In this document: in pieces, positions 10,078-20,198 of the stretch
How the letters are laid out: every line of letters starts with the position of its first letter
Numbering within the stretch: position 1 is the stretch's first letter
Assembly (NCBI GenBank): GCA_049460875.1
Contig: JBMUEW010000001.1
Coordinates: forward strand, 31,943 to 95,942
DNA from: Pontimonas sp.
GTDB taxonomy: Bacteria > Actinomycetota > Actinomycetes > Actinomycetales > Microbacteriaceae
Direction of reading: 5' to 3'
Length of the DNA stretch: 64,000 nucleotides
Translations under genes and position numbers: made by a program
Notes under the pieces: generated by a model
Databases searched by the model: none
What the model was told of the DNA's origin: nothing
The model's input: the letters and a program-made list of their open reading frames with translations, nothing else

Positions 10078-11070
10078 ATGCCCCAATTCTCCCTCGTCGG
10101 TGTCCTCGGTATTTCCGCTCTCGTCGTCTCCGCGGGAGGAGCGCTGGCATTCACTGCGGTACAGGCAGCCGAGGAGGAGCGGGTCTGTGAGGCACCGTAT
10201 TCCAGCGGCAGCGCATCTCGTTTGGTGACTGCCACCACCGGCGACTCAGGAACACCACAGGCCTCTTTTCCGACACCACTCATTTCACCTGACCGCCAGG
10301 TCACGGTCTTAAGTGAAGGGGAGGGAGAACCAGCACGAGCAGGCGGTTACGTCGATTTCGACGTCAGTGTGTTTGTCGGGAGCGATGAGGGATACCTCAC
10401 GGGATCGAGTTACAACCCCGCTAACCCGGTTCGGCGACCAGTAGCGCCGGAGGTCGAAGATTTCTTTGGTGACGTCCTGGAGTGCCAGAAACCAGGGTCC
10501 CAGGTCGTGGTGACCACAGTGCTCTCCGACATTTTTGGCCCCATTGAGGAGGATGACTACATCCAGAATTCCTCCACTGTTGTGGCGCTCATCGATGTTC
10601 ACGCAACGTACCCGGCTCTCGCGGATGGGTCGGTAAGGCTCCCGCAATCGGGTCTGCCCACCATTACCCAGGCTCCAACTGGACACCATGGTTTTTCCTT
10701 TCCCAACGCCCCCATCCCCGATGAACTTCGCGTGTCAGTTCTCAAGATGGGCGACGGTGAACCCATCACACGGGGTGACATCGTCACCACCCACTTCACC
10801 GGTGTGGTGTGGAATACACGCCGAGTCTTTATCTCCAGTTTTGACCAAGGAGTTCCGCTCAATCTGATCGCCGAGGATCAAACAACTTCGGCAACGGGTG
10901 AGGGGGTAGTCCCCGGTGTTGCCCAAGCTCTGATTGGAAAGACCGTGGGGTCCCAGGTTCTCGTCTCGGTTCCCCCGCAACTGGGATATCAGCCGGAGAA
11001 CCTCCCCCCGGGAGTGACCGAAAACCAGACCTTGGTCTTCGTCTTCGACATCCTGGGTGTGACCAACTAG
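10078..11070 (+). CDS. Exported two-domain FKBP-type peptidyl-prolyl isomerase
   Basis: N-terminal hydrophobic segment; two FKBP-like domains (GSQVLVSVPPQLGY, TLVFVFDILG); canonical position upstream of pafB. Confidence 0.85.
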   Translation: MPQFSLVGVLGISALVVSAGGALAFTAVQAAEEERVCEAPYSSGSASRLVTATTGDSGTPQASFPTPLISPDRQVTVLSEGEGEPARAGGYVDFDVSVFVGSDEGYLTGSSYNPANPVRRPVAPEVEDFFGDVLECQKPGSQVVVTTVLSDIFGPIEEDDYIQNSSTVVALIDVHATYPALADGSVRLPQSGLPTITQAPTGHHGFSFPNAPIPDELRVSVLKMGDGEPITRGDIVTTHFTGVVWNTRRVFISSFDQGVPLNLIAEDQTTSATGEGVVPGVAQALIGKTVGSQVLVSVPPQLGYQPENLPPGVTENQTLVFVFDILGVTN

Positions 11071-11104
11071 AGCGCTCATGAGGGGCGAGGCTTAGGATGA
11101 GCCC

Positions 11105-12091
11105 ATGAGCGCGGGAGCAGCGAGCGTCAACCCAGAGGACAGGCTCTTCCACCTCATTCTTGCGCTAATGGCCACCAGCTATGGCCTGACCAAGGAACAA
11201 ATTCTGTCGACGGTGCGCGGGTATCGGGAAGATACCGAAGCGGGTATGTCGCGGGAAAGTTTGGAACGCCGATTTGAGCGCGATAAGGACTCCCTTCGCG
11301 ACTTGGGCATACCGCTCGAGGCCACCATCCCACCTGAGGATGATGGCAACAACAAGAACACGCTGTATCGCATACCCAAAGGTGACTACGACCTGCCCGA
11401 TGGTGTCGAGTTCACCGCCCGAGATATTGCCTTGCTCAACCTCGCGGCCACCCTCTGGCGGGAGGGAACACTGTCCAAAGAGGCCCACATTGCGACGAGA
11501 AAACTGCAATCTTTTGGGGTCACCATTGACGAACCACTCATGGGTTTTGCGCCTCTGATTAGCACGAGAGACCCTGCTCTGACCGCTCTCCAAGAAGCCC
11601 TGGAGCGCGAAGTGCAGGTCGAGTTTGACTATCTCAAGCCGGGGGAGTCAGCCGCATCAACCCGCCAGGTTTCTCCGCTTGCGCTGGTCAACCACGAGGG
11701 ACGGTGGCACCTGTACAGCCAGGAGACCTCGACACACCAGTTCAAGACGTTCCTCCTTCGACGGATGGTGTCAACGGTTCGTCTCCTCGATACTCCGGCA
11801 GTGGGCTCGCCGGAGAGCGTCACCCAGGAGGCTCTCACTGATCTCGCCGATCTCTACCAGCGCCAAGTGGCAACACTCGAAGTAAGACCAGATTCTGACG
11901 CGTGGAGCGCCCTATCCCAGCGTCGCGACACCAAGATTGGTGCCGAGTATCTGGGTGTGCACTACACCGATGTGGATATTTTTGCTGCCGAACTGACATC
12001 GTTCGGAGACGATGTCGTCGTCCACGAGCCAGCAGAGTTACGCGATCGAGTGATGGATAACCTGCGACAACTGGTGGCTGATCATGGCTAA
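11105..12091 (+). CDS. pafB: WYL-domain transcriptional activator PafB
   Basis: ERRFERDKDSLRDLGIP HTH region, WHL (WYL-like) and KTFLLRR. Paired with pafC upstream of tatAC. Confidence 0.92.
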   Translation: MSAGAASVNPEDRLFHLILALMATSYGLTKEQILSTVRGYREDTEAGMSRESLERRFERDKDSLRDLGIPLEATIPPEDDGNNKNTLYRIPKGDYDLPDGVEFTARDIALLNLAATLWREGTLSKEAHIATRKLQSFGVTIDEPLMGFAPLISTRDPALTALQEALEREVQVEFDYLKPGESAASTRQVSPLALVNHEGRWHLYSQETSTHQFKTFLLRRMVSTVRLLDTPAVGSPESVTQEALTDLADLYQRQVATLEVRPDSDAWSALSQRRDTKIGAEYLGVHYTDVDIFAAELTSFGDDVVVHEPAELRDRVMDNLRQLVADHG

Positions 12092-13073
12092 GTCGAGCCC
12101 CCGCCCCACCACATCAGACAACCTCTTGGTGTTACTCGCTCTGGTTCCCTACGTCCTCGACCGGGGCGAGGTGAGCGTTGCAGAGGCAGCCGAACACTTT
12201 GGCCGAAGTGAAGCCGACATTTCTCGGGCGGTCGAACTCATCGCCTGCGCGGGAATACCTGGCGACAATCTCGCTTACTCTCACCTGGACTTGTTCGATA
12301 TCGACTGGGATCTCTTTGAACGCGAGAAAACCATCACGTTGTGGAATACGGTCGCGCTCGATAGCAAACCTCGCTTTAGCGCGAGAGAGGCCACGGCTCT
12401 TCTCGCCGGATTGCAATATTTGGCATCGCATCCTGCTTACTCCTCGCGCGCAGACCTCGAGGAGGTTATGGCGAAGCTTCGCGTGGGCACCGGAAACTCC
12501 CAGCCGGTCCGCATCGCCGTGGACCCGGTTGCTGTAGCAGAGCACGTGAGTGCGCTCACCGACGCGATTGAGTCTCGGCAGTCGATCACCGCGGTCTACC
12601 ACAACAAGCGAGGGGAGTCTGGCTCCAGAACACTCGACCCCCTCCTGCTCGAATCCAGGGACGCGACCTGGTACCTGCGAGCTTGGTGTCACACCCGGCA
12701 AGCGCTGCGCACATTCCGTGTCGATTACATGGATTCTGTGGCGCTCACTGGTGAGGCTCAACGAGATCACGCTTCGGTCGTGGATGACATCTCGTCGGAG
12801 CTTTTTGACCCTTCACCCAGCGATGTCATGGTGACGATCGAGTGCCCAGCTCGAGCACTGCCTCTCATAGCCGATTATCTTCCGCGCGGCTTTGCCCCGC
12901 CTGCTTCTGAGGACTCTGTCCGAATAGAGATACCGTTTGCCCATTACGGTTCGTTGACCCAGTTTGTGGGGTCGCACCCCGGCATGGTCACGGTGGTAGC
13001 TCCTGGCTCGGCGCGCGAGGCGGTCGCGGAGTTTGCGTCGCGTGCGCTGGAGCGCTACGGCTCAGTGTCCTAG
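12084..13073 (+). CDS. pafC: WYL-domain transcriptional activator PafC
   Basis: LLALVPYV N-terminus and WYLRAWCHTRQALRTFRVD. Overlaps pafB. Confidence 0.92.
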   Translation: MAKSSPRPTTSDNLLVLLALVPYVLDRGEVSVAEAAEHFGRSEADISRAVELIACAGIPGDNLAYSHLDLFDIDWDLFEREKTITLWNTVALDSKPRFSAREATALLAGLQYLASHPAYSSRADLEEVMAKLRVGTGNSQPVRIAVDPVAVAEHVSALTDAIESRQSITAVYHNKRGESGSRTLDPLLLESRDATWYLRAWCHTRQALRTFRVDYMDSVALTGEAQRDHASVVDDISSELFDPSPSDVMVTIECPARALPLIADYLPRGFAPPASEDSVRIEIPFAHYGSLTQFVGSHPGMVTVVAPGSAREAVAEFASRALERYGSVS

Positions 13074-13124
13074 ATTCCGCCGGTGCTACACTTTTGCCAC
13101 CACACGCCACAGAGAGGCTAGAGG

Positions 13125-13328
13125 ATGTCGGGAAATCTCGGAGGCTGGACCGGTCTCATTGTTTTGGTCGTAATTCTGTTGCTCTTTGGTGCCCCTAAAC
13201 TTCCGGCGTTGGCAAAAAGCCTGGGTCAGTCCTTGAAGATTTTCAAGAGCGAGGTTCGCCCGGGAGACGATTCCAGCGATTCAGCTGACTCGTCCGGATC
13301 CGAGGGTTCCGACGACTCCAAGCGCTAA
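13125..13328 (+). CDS. tatA: Twin-arginine translocase TatA
   Basis: LLLFGAPKLPALAKSLGQSLKIFKSE. Confidence 0.96.
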   Translation: MSGNLGGWTGLIVLVVILLLFGAPKLPALAKSLGQSLKIFKSEVRPGDDSSDSADSSGSEGSDDSKR

Positions 13329-13330
13329 TC

Positions 13331-14122
13331 GTGGCTGCCCGTAGGCGCCGATCTCCTGAAGGGCGGATGTCCCTCGGCGAGCACCTCGTTGAACTTCGCC
13401 GTCGGTTGGGGATTATCGGGATTTCTATCGTGCTGGCGGCCGTGGGTGGCTGGTTTCTGGCCGACCCCGTTTGGGAGGCCTTGAGTGAACCCATTCTGGA
13501 GATTGCCCGGGAGCGCAACCGCGACGCAGATATCAACTACACCTCGGTCACCGAAGCCTTTGACACGAAAGTTGCTATTGCTTTTGTGCTCGGCATTGTT
13601 ATGGCAGCACCGGTGTGGCTCTATCAAATTTGGGCCTTTTTTGTTCCTGCCCTGATGCGCAAAGAGCGCCGTTACGCTCTCGGTTTTCTCTCGGCAGCGG
13701 TTCCGCTGTTCTTTGCCGGGGTCGCCATGGGGTGGTGGGTGCTTCCCAACATTGTGGTGTTGTTGACCGGTTTTGCCCCCGAACAGTCCTCCACTTTGTT
13801 GACCGCGAAAGTGTATTTGGATTTTGCGCTCAAACTGGTGGTTGCCGTGGGTGTGGGTTTCGTACTTCCTGTGTTCCTCGTGTTGCTCAATGTGATCGGT
13901 GTTCTCAGCGCCAAGGCGATTATTCAGGGCTGGCGCTGGGCGATTGTGGTGATTTCCGTCTTCACCGCCCTCGCCACCCCCGCCGCGGATGTGGTCTCGA
14001 TGATTCTCCTGGCGATTCCGATGGTGATTCTGTACTTCCTGGCCGCAGGAATCGCCTGGTTACACGATCGTCGGCAAGCGAAGAAGGCCGCAAAACTTCT
14101 GCATAACGGCGCTGAGATCTAG
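13331..14122 (+). CDS. tatC: Twin-arginine translocase TatC
   Basis: MSLGEHLVELRRRL, PVWLYQIWAF and ATPAAD; about six TM helices. Confidence 0.96.
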   Translation: MAARRRRSPEGRMSLGEHLVELRRRLGIIGISIVLAAVGGWFLADPVWEALSEPILEIARERNRDADINYTSVTEAFDTKVAIAFVLGIVMAAPVWLYQIWAFFVPALMRKERRYALGFLSAAVPLFFAGVAMGWWVLPNIVVLLTGFAPEQSSTLLTAKVYLDFALKLVVAVGVGFVLPVFLVLLNVIGVLSAKAIIQGWRWAIVVISVFTALATPAADVVSMILLAIPMVILYFLAAGIAWLHDRRQAKKAAKLLHNGAEI

Positions 14123-14133
14123 AGCGCTGGAGG

Positions 14134-16542
14134 ATGTCAACGCCCAGTCCCGCGGAAAAGTTTCAGGCTGCTCGCTCGAGGAGCAAGCATCCCCAGCTCG
14201 AGGCTTTTCGCCAGAACCTCGGTTTTGATCTAGACCCCTTCCAGGTGGCCTCGTGCGAATCGGTCGAGGATGGCCGGGGTGTCTTGGTGGCAGCGCCCAC
14301 AGGAGCGGGAAAGACGATTGTCGCGGAGTTTGCCGTGCATTTGGCGATGCGGCAAGCGCGCGTGAAAGTGTTCTACACGACACCCATGAAAGCCCTGTCG
14401 AACCAGAAATTTCAGGAACTTGTGGCGACCTACGGCGCGGAGGAGGTGGGTCTTCTCACCGGCGATAGCAGTATCAACCCCCGGGCGCGGATCGTCATTA
14501 TGACCACCGAGGTGTTACGCAACATGCTCTACGCCGGAAGTGATCTTCTGGATGATCTGGGCTACGTGATCATGGACGAGGTGCACTACCTCGCGGATCG
14601 ATTCCGCGGAGCTGTCTGGGAAGAAGTCATCATCCACTTGCCCGCTGTTGTGCAATTGATTTCGCTCAGCGCCACCGTGTCGAATGCCGAGGAGTTTGGA
14701 GATTGGCTCCAAACCGTCCGGGGTCACACCGAGGTGATCGTGAGTGAGGACCGTCCTGTTCCGCTCCACCAGCACATGATGTTTGCGCACAAACTACTCC
14801 CGCTCTTTCATACCCGGAGGGGCAAACTCGAGGTGAACCCGGAGGTGGTGCAAACCTCGCAGATGCTGGGTCGCAGCTCGACGGGGCGGGGGAGTAGGGG
14901 ACGGGGCGCGCCCCGCTATCAACGCTTTGAGGATCGACGACACAGGGTGTATCGCTCCGACGTCATTTCGTTGCTCGATGACCAGGATCTCTTACCCGCC
15001 ATCTTCTTTATCTTTTCCCGGGCGGGCTGCGACCAGGCGGTGTCGCAGGTTCTGACGCGCGGTGTCGCCCTCACGAGTGAGCGGGAGCGTTCCGAGATTC
15101 TGGATCTGGTCGAGGAGCGGCTCGATCGCCTCGACGACGAAGATCGGGGAGTCTTGGGGTATGACGCGTGGCTGGATGGGGTTCTCCGCGGAGTTGCAGC
15201 CCACCACGCGGGAATGCTCCCCATGTTCAAAGAAGTCGTCGAGGAACTGTTTCGGAGGAAGCTGCTCAAAGTGGTGTTCGCTACCGAAACGCTTGCGCTG
15301 GGAATCAACATGCCCGCGCGTACCGTGGTCCTCGAGAAGCTCGACAAGTTCAACGGCGAAGCCCGGGTTCCTATTACCGCCGGGGAATACACCCAACTCA
15401 CCGGGCGCGCGGGGCGTCGAGGAATCGATGACGAGGGCCACTCCGTCATCATCTGGCAGCCCGGTATCAACCCGGAGGCGGTAGCGGCACTCGCGTCTAG
15501 GCGCTCGTATCCGCTGAAATCAAGCTTTGCACCGACCTACAACATGGCGGTCAACCTGATAGCCCAATTTGGTGTGGACCACACTCGGAGCATCCTCGAA
15601 TCCTCATTCGCACAGTTTCAAGCCGATCGCCACGTGGTCGAACTCGCCAGGCAGGTTCGAACCAAAGAAGAATCACTCCAGGGCTACCAGGAATCCATGG
15701 TGTGTCACCTCGGTGACTTTGCCGAATACGGCGCACTGCGACGGGAACTGAGCAACCTCGAGCGGCAACGCGGGCACGGCTCGAAGAAGAGCGAGAGCTC
15801 GTCCCACGATATTGCCCGGTTGCGCACTGCGCTGTCTCACCACCCCTGCCACGGCTGTCCCGATCGGGAGGCTCACGCCCGCTGGTCAGAGCGTTGGTGG
15901 AAGCTGGAAAAAGAGACCGAAAAGCTGCGGGCTCAAATTCGCAGACGGACTGGCGCCATTTCGGCCACTTTCACGCGGGTGATGGAAGTTCTCCTCGACA
16001 CCGGATACCTCCGGTCCAAGGAGGACGCTGTGGAGATTACGGAGCACGGCACGACCCTCCGGCGCATCTATGGAGAGCGCGACCTTCTGGTCGCAGAGTG
16101 TCTGCGCCGGCACGCCTGGAGCGAGCTCGACGCGGCAGAACTCGCCGCCATGGTGGCCACGATGGTGTACGAACCTAGGCGGGACGATGGCCCGATTGAC
16201 CCTCGTTTCTTACCTGGTGGTGCGTTTCCTGGCGCGCTCGACCACACGAGACGGCTCCACCAGAGAATCACCGAGGTGGAGCTTCGCCATCAACTTCCGG
16301 TCGGGTCGGAGCTTGCTCCCCACCTCGCACTGGCGGTGTATCGCTGGGCCAAGGGCCATCACCTCGATGACATCCTCGAAGGTGATGAGGTTCAGGTGGG
16401 AGATTTTGTGCGCTGGTGTAAACAGTGCGTTGATGTTCTCGATCAGATCATTACGGTGGGCGTGGGACCCCTCCACCACACCGCTCTCGAAGCACGTGCG
16501 CTCATTTTCCGCGGCATTGTTGCTCTCAGTAGCGTCGCTTAG
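14134..16542 (+). CDS. helY: Ski2-like DExH RNA helicase HelY
   Basis: APTGAGKT, MDEVHY, SAT, ATETLALGINMPA, QLTGRAGRRG and the C-terminal DSHCT GDFVRW. Confidence 0.95.
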   Translation: MSTPSPAEKFQAARSRSKHPQLEAFRQNLGFDLDPFQVASCESVEDGRGVLVAAPTGAGKTIVAEFAVHLAMRQARVKVFYTTPMKALSNQKFQELVATYGAEEVGLLTGDSSINPRARIVIMTTEVLRNMLYAGSDLLDDLGYVIMDEVHYLADRFRGAVWEEVIIHLPAVVQLISLSATVSNAEEFGDWLQTVRGHTEVIVSEDRPVPLHQHMMFAHKLLPLFHTRRGKLEVNPEVVQTSQMLGRSSTGRGSRGRGAPRYQRFEDRRHRVYRSDVISLLDDQDLLPAIFFIFSRAGCDQAVSQVLTRGVALTSERERSEILDLVEERLDRLDDEDRGVLGYDAWLDGVLRGVAAHHAGMLPMFKEVVEELFRRKLLKVVFATETLALGINMPARTVVLEKLDKFNGEARVPITAGEYTQLTGRAGRRGIDDEGHSVIIWQPGINPEAVAALASRRSYPLKSSFAPTYNMAVNLIAQFGVDHTRSILESSFAQFQADRHVVELARQVRTKEESLQGYQESMVCHLGDFAEYGALRRELSNLERQRGHGSKKSESSSHDIARLRTALSHHPCHGCPDREAHARWSERWWKLEKETEKLRAQIRRRTGAISATFTRVMEVLLDTGYLRSKEDAVEITEHGTTLRRIYGERDLLVAECLRRHAWSELDAAELAAMVATMVYEPRRDDGPIDPRFLPGGAFPGALDHTRRLHQRITEVELRHQLPVGSELAPHLALAVYRWAKGHHLDDILEGDEVQVGDFVRWCKQCVDVLDQIITVGVGPLHHTALEARALIFRGIVALSSVA

Positions 16543-16554
16543 GCTACGAGGCTG

Positions 16555-18141
16555 ATGATGGCTCCCTCCTTCCTCGACCAGCGCAACCACCTGCGACTCG
16601 CGCCTTCTGCGCCCGTCGCACTGTTCACCGCGGTTCTTGCCGGTTGGGTGATGGATTTCGGGTTCCCTGACTACGACATCTGGCCGCTGGCTCTCCTCGG
16701 TCTTGGTCTGATGCTGTGGTCGGTGCGGGGGCTCTCGCTCCGCGCATCGTTGCTCGTGGGTGCGGTCGGGGGATTCTCCTTCTTTGGCATCCTCATTTGG
16801 TGGCTCACCGTGTATTTGGGCCTGATTCCCTGGATTGCCCTGACACTGGCGCAGGTGTTCTTCTTCGGCCTCGGCATGGGGCTCGTGGGGCTGGCCTGGC
16901 ACTACGGGTCCAGGCATTGGCCGGGGCTCGCCGGCCGCCTCGTGCTGACTCCCGCCCTGGTCGGCGGAGCCTGGATGACACGAGAAGCTGTGTCGTCGGT
17001 CTTTCCTTTCGGCGGCTTTGCCTGGGCCAGGATTGCGCAAAGCCAATCGGAGAGCACTCTGGCGCCGTGGGTGGCGTGGCTGGGGACATCGGGAATGAGC
17101 TTCCTCCTCGCTTTCTTCATGGCCTTTCTGATTGCTCTTCTCGCGGAGTATCGGCTCACCTGGGACACCCGGATTGCGCTCGCGTGGGCCGCTGGCACGG
17201 CGCTGGTGATGTGGCCCGCGTGGCCGGTCTACGAGTCCGGGTCGATCCGGGTGCTCGCGGTGCAGGGAAACGCTGATGCCGGATTGTTTGCAGATTACGA
17301 CCGTGGAGACAACCTCGCGGACCACTACCGTGTGACCTCACCCCTATTTGGCACAGACGTCGATGTGGTCATATGGCCAGAAAACGCCTCCGATATTGAC
17401 CCTTTGCGCTTCCAGGATGCGACGAAAGTCGTCTCCGAGGTGTCCCGGGAGATGAATGCTCCGCTCGTGGTGGGGACCATCACCAGGGATGGGGATGAAA
17501 CGTTCAACAGTATGCTGCTCTGGGAATACGATGCTGCCAGCGGCCGGGATATCGTTCGCGATCAGTACGACAAGATCCATCCCGTTCCCTTCGCCGAATA
17601 CCTCCCGTGGCGTGATTTCTTCTATCCGCTGGCTCCCAGCCTGTTCTCGATGGTGCCCAGGGACTATTCATTTGGCGAGCGCGACACCGTATTCGACGTC
17701 GACGGAGCGAGAGCAGGAATCGCCATCTGCTTCGACATCGTTGATGACGAAATCCTCTGGTCGATGATGGATTCGGGCGCGAACATTATTTTCGCCCCGA
17801 CTAACAACGCCGACTTTGGTCGCACCGACCAGAGTGTTCAGCAACTCTCGATCGCTCGGATGAGAGCTATCGAGACCGGTCGCAGCGTGGTCAATATTTC
17901 TACCGTGGGCACCAGCGCTGTGATCGACCCTCGGGGGAGGGAGCTCGATCGATTGCCGACCTATGAAGAGGGCTACATGCTCCTCGATGTGCCACTGGCG
18001 ACCCACACCACCCCGGCCACCCTTATCGGTCGAAACCTCGAGCTCCTCATCGTCGGATTCACCCTCAGCGGAATCGGTATTGCGGGGCTGGGGGAGTACC
18101 GACGTCGCAGTGGGCAGAGGAGTGGGGCTAATCGAGTGTGA
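16555..18141 (+). CDS. lnt: Apolipoprotein N-acyltransferase
   Basis: TM N-terminus plus nitrilase triad motifs WPEN, YDKIHPVPFAEY and ICFD; also RAIETGR. Confidence 0.95.
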   Translation: MMAPSFLDQRNHLRLAPSAPVALFTAVLAGWVMDFGFPDYDIWPLALLGLGLMLWSVRGLSLRASLLVGAVGGFSFFGILIWWLTVYLGLIPWIALTLAQVFFFGLGMGLVGLAWHYGSRHWPGLAGRLVLTPALVGGAWMTREAVSSVFPFGGFAWARIAQSQSESTLAPWVAWLGTSGMSFLLAFFMAFLIALLAEYRLTWDTRIALAWAAGTALVMWPAWPVYESGSIRVLAVQGNADAGLFADYDRGDNLADHYRVTSPLFGTDVDVVIWPENASDIDPLRFQDATKVVSEVSREMNAPLVVGTITRDGDETFNSMLLWEYDAASGRDIVRDQYDKIHPVPFAEYLPWRDFFYPLAPSLFSMVPRDYSFGERDTVFDVDGARAGIAICFDIVDDEILWSMMDSGANIIFAPTNNADFGRTDQSVQQLSIARMRAIETGRSVVNISTVGTSAVIDPRGRELDRLPTYEEGYMLLDVPLATHTTPATLIGRNLELLIVGFTLSGIGIAGLGEYRRRSGQRSGANRV

Positions 18142-18895
18142 GTTCGGGGAAAAGTTCTCCGCGAACCTCAACGGCCAGATCACTACGATCGGTCACAATT
18201 CCGTGGACACCCATCTGCCATAGCCGCTTCATGTCCTCAGGACTGTTAATCGTCCACACATGAATTTCCAGTCCTCGTCGCTTAGCCAGGCGAACCATGC
18301 TGGGCGTTACTAAAGCAAATCCCCAGTGGGCGGGTGGGATTTGAAGCGCAACGACTTCAGGGGGCACGAGCCACTTTTCTGAGGGCAAACCCAACCACGT
18401 TCGTACACGAGCCTGAATAACCAGACTCTGCGAGGTGCTACTCACCACGTCGGGAAGGAGGTTGATAACGGCTTGGCGGGTGGGCTCGTCGAATGAGGTG
18501 GCAAGAATCCGATTTTCCGCCTTATGAGAGCGAATGAGCTCCGCGAAGGGCTCCACCGCGGCGCGGGACTTCAGATCAATATTGAATTTCGCTGTGGGGA
18601 ACTCGGTCAGAACCTGATCGAGGGTCGAAAACCCTTGACCAGAGCCCAAATCGATGGTGGCCAGCTGGTCGGCTGTGAAGTCGGACACCAAACCCGGCCG
18701 ACCGGCCACTCGAGTCAAATCCGGGTCGTGAGCGACAATCACCGCGCCGTCACGAGAGACGTGAACGTCGGTTTCCAGGATGTCCGCTCCGGCCTCCAAC
18801 GCGGCGCGGAACGCTCCTGGAGTGTTCTCCGGGTGGTCGAGCGCGAGTCCCCGGTGGGCAATCACACGGGGATAGGAACCCTCTAAGAACGCCAT
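18128..18895 (-). CDS. Glycerophosphodiester phosphodiesterase
   Basis: IAHRG, PENT, ETDV, HD, VWTIN and GIVTD. Confidence 0.93.
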   Translation of the reverse strand: MAFLEGSYPRVIAHRGLALDHPENTPGAFRAALEAGADILETDVHVSRDGAVIVAHDPDLTRVAGRPGLVSDFTADQLATIDLGSGQGFSTLDQVLTEFPTAKFNIDLKSRAAVEPFAELIRSHKAENRILATSFDEPTRQAVINLLPDVVSSTSQSLVIQARVRTWLGLPSEKWLVPPEVVALQIPPAHWGFALVTPSMVRLAKRRGLEIHVWTINSPEDMKRLWQMGVHGIVTDRSDLAVEVRGELFPELTLD

Positions 18896-18975
18896 ACACC
18901 CTCAGATCCACGCGATTACACGCGCCCGGTAAGTATAAGCATCGAAAGTTACGCCGAAACTTATAGGCTCGAGCA

Positions 18976-19740
18976 ATGACCAATCCGCTGACTCCAGGCC
19001 AACTCACGGGCGCGAGAGCACTCATTACGGGTTCTTCGCGAGGTATTGGCGCCAAAACTGCCGAATACCTCGCGGATGCGGGTGCGACCGTGGTGGTGAA
19101 TTACCGGAACAAAGAGGCACGCGCACAGAAGCTGGTCGACACCATCGAGGCTGCTGGCGGTTCAGCGATGGCGGTGGGAGCCGATCTCACCGACCCTGTT
19201 GGTGTTGCCAGGATGCTCGGTGAAATTAAAGAGCAGCTGGGTGGACTTGACCTGTTGATCCTCAACGCCTCGGGCGGTATGGAAGCCGATATGGGTGAGG
19301 ACTACGCCATGAAGCTCAATCGGGACGCCCAGGTGGGGCTCTTAATGAGCGCGTTACCGCTGATGGAGCGCAGTGCTCGTGTGGTGTTCGTCACAAGCCA
19401 CCAGGCTCATTTCATCAGGGAAGTAGAGACAATGCCCGAGTATTTGCCCGTGGCGCTCTCGAAGCGGGCTGGTGAGGATGCGCTCCGGGGAATGAATGAC
19501 CAAATGAAGGAGCTGGGTATCGATTTTGTGGTGGTCTCGGGCGACATGATCGAGGGTACGGTGACCGCAACGCTGCTTAATCGGGCAAATCCGGGCGTTA
19601 TCGACCAGCGCAAGGAACAGGTGGGAAAGCTCTACAACGTCGAAGAATTCGCCGCTGAGGTTGCCTTGGCCGCTGTCGAGGATATTCCTGAGGACCACAC
19701 CAGGCTTGTAGGCGATATTTCTAGCTTCCAGACCACCTAG
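18976..19740 (+). CDS. SDR-family oxidoreductase
   Basis: TGSSRGIG Rossmann motif and LNASGG. Confidence 0.9.
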   Translation: MTNPLTPGQLTGARALITGSSRGIGAKTAEYLADAGATVVVNYRNKEARAQKLVDTIEAAGGSAMAVGADLTDPVGVARMLGEIKEQLGGLDLLILNASGGMEADMGEDYAMKLNRDAQVGLLMSALPLMERSARVVFVTSHQAHFIREVETMPEYLPVALSKRAGEDALRGMNDQMKELGIDFVVVSGDMIEGTVTATLLNRANPGVIDQRKEQVGKLYNVEEFAAEVALAAVEDIPEDHTRLVGDISSFQTT

Positions 19741-20198
19741 TGGCACCGAAGGACGCACTCAGGCTCACCAGCAGGGTCCTGCTGATGGACCCCCAGGGTG
19801 CTTGCCTGTTTTTTATGACTGCCGCGCCTGATTCCTCGGGTTTTGCGCGCTGGATCACTCCAGGCGGCGGTGTGGATCCAGGAGAAACACACGAAGAGGC
19901 GGCACTTCGGGAGTTACGGGAAGAAACTGGTCGCCAGTTTGACGATGCAGGTCGGCCGGTGTGGACCTACAGTTTTGACGTCAGTTTTGATCAGGCAGAT
20001 CACAATCGGGGATACGCCGAATACTTTCTGGTGCAAAGCGATCGTTTCGAACCTCTCAACACGTTTTGGACTGCAGAGGAACACGTCGATGTCACTCAAT
20101 GGGATTGGTTCACCGCGGATGAGCTGGAGGCTCGTAGCGAGCCTTATGAACCAGAGCCACTTCCTGGGGTAATGAGGAGACTAGCTTTTTTGTTATAG
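19740..20198 (+). CDS. NUDIX hydrolase
   Basis: Nudix box GGGVDPGETHEEAALRELREETG. Confidence 0.92.
   Translation: MAPKDALRLTSRVLLMDPQGACLFFMTAAPDSSGFARWITPGGGVDPGETHEEAALRELREETGRQFDDAGRPVWTYSFDVSFDQADHNRGYAEYFLVQSDRFEPLNTFWTAEEHVDVTQWDWFTADELEARSEPYEPEPLPGVMRRLAFLL

Noticed and set aside
11105-13073. WYL genes as markers of a defence or CRISPR-associated system
   Set aside because: They are the housekeeping pafBC pair in canonical fkbp-pafBC-tatAC-helY synteny. No cas genes or repeat arrays are in the window.
16210-17325. 371-aa antisense ORF over helY/lnt
   Set aside because: Shadow ORF opposite well-supported genes, with no recognisable motifs. Such ORFs are expected at high GC.
19740-20198. 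NUDIX gene as a Xer-mobilised cassette at dif
   Set aside because: It looks slightly AT-richer, but no second dif-like site flanks it and it is coupled to the SDR gene.
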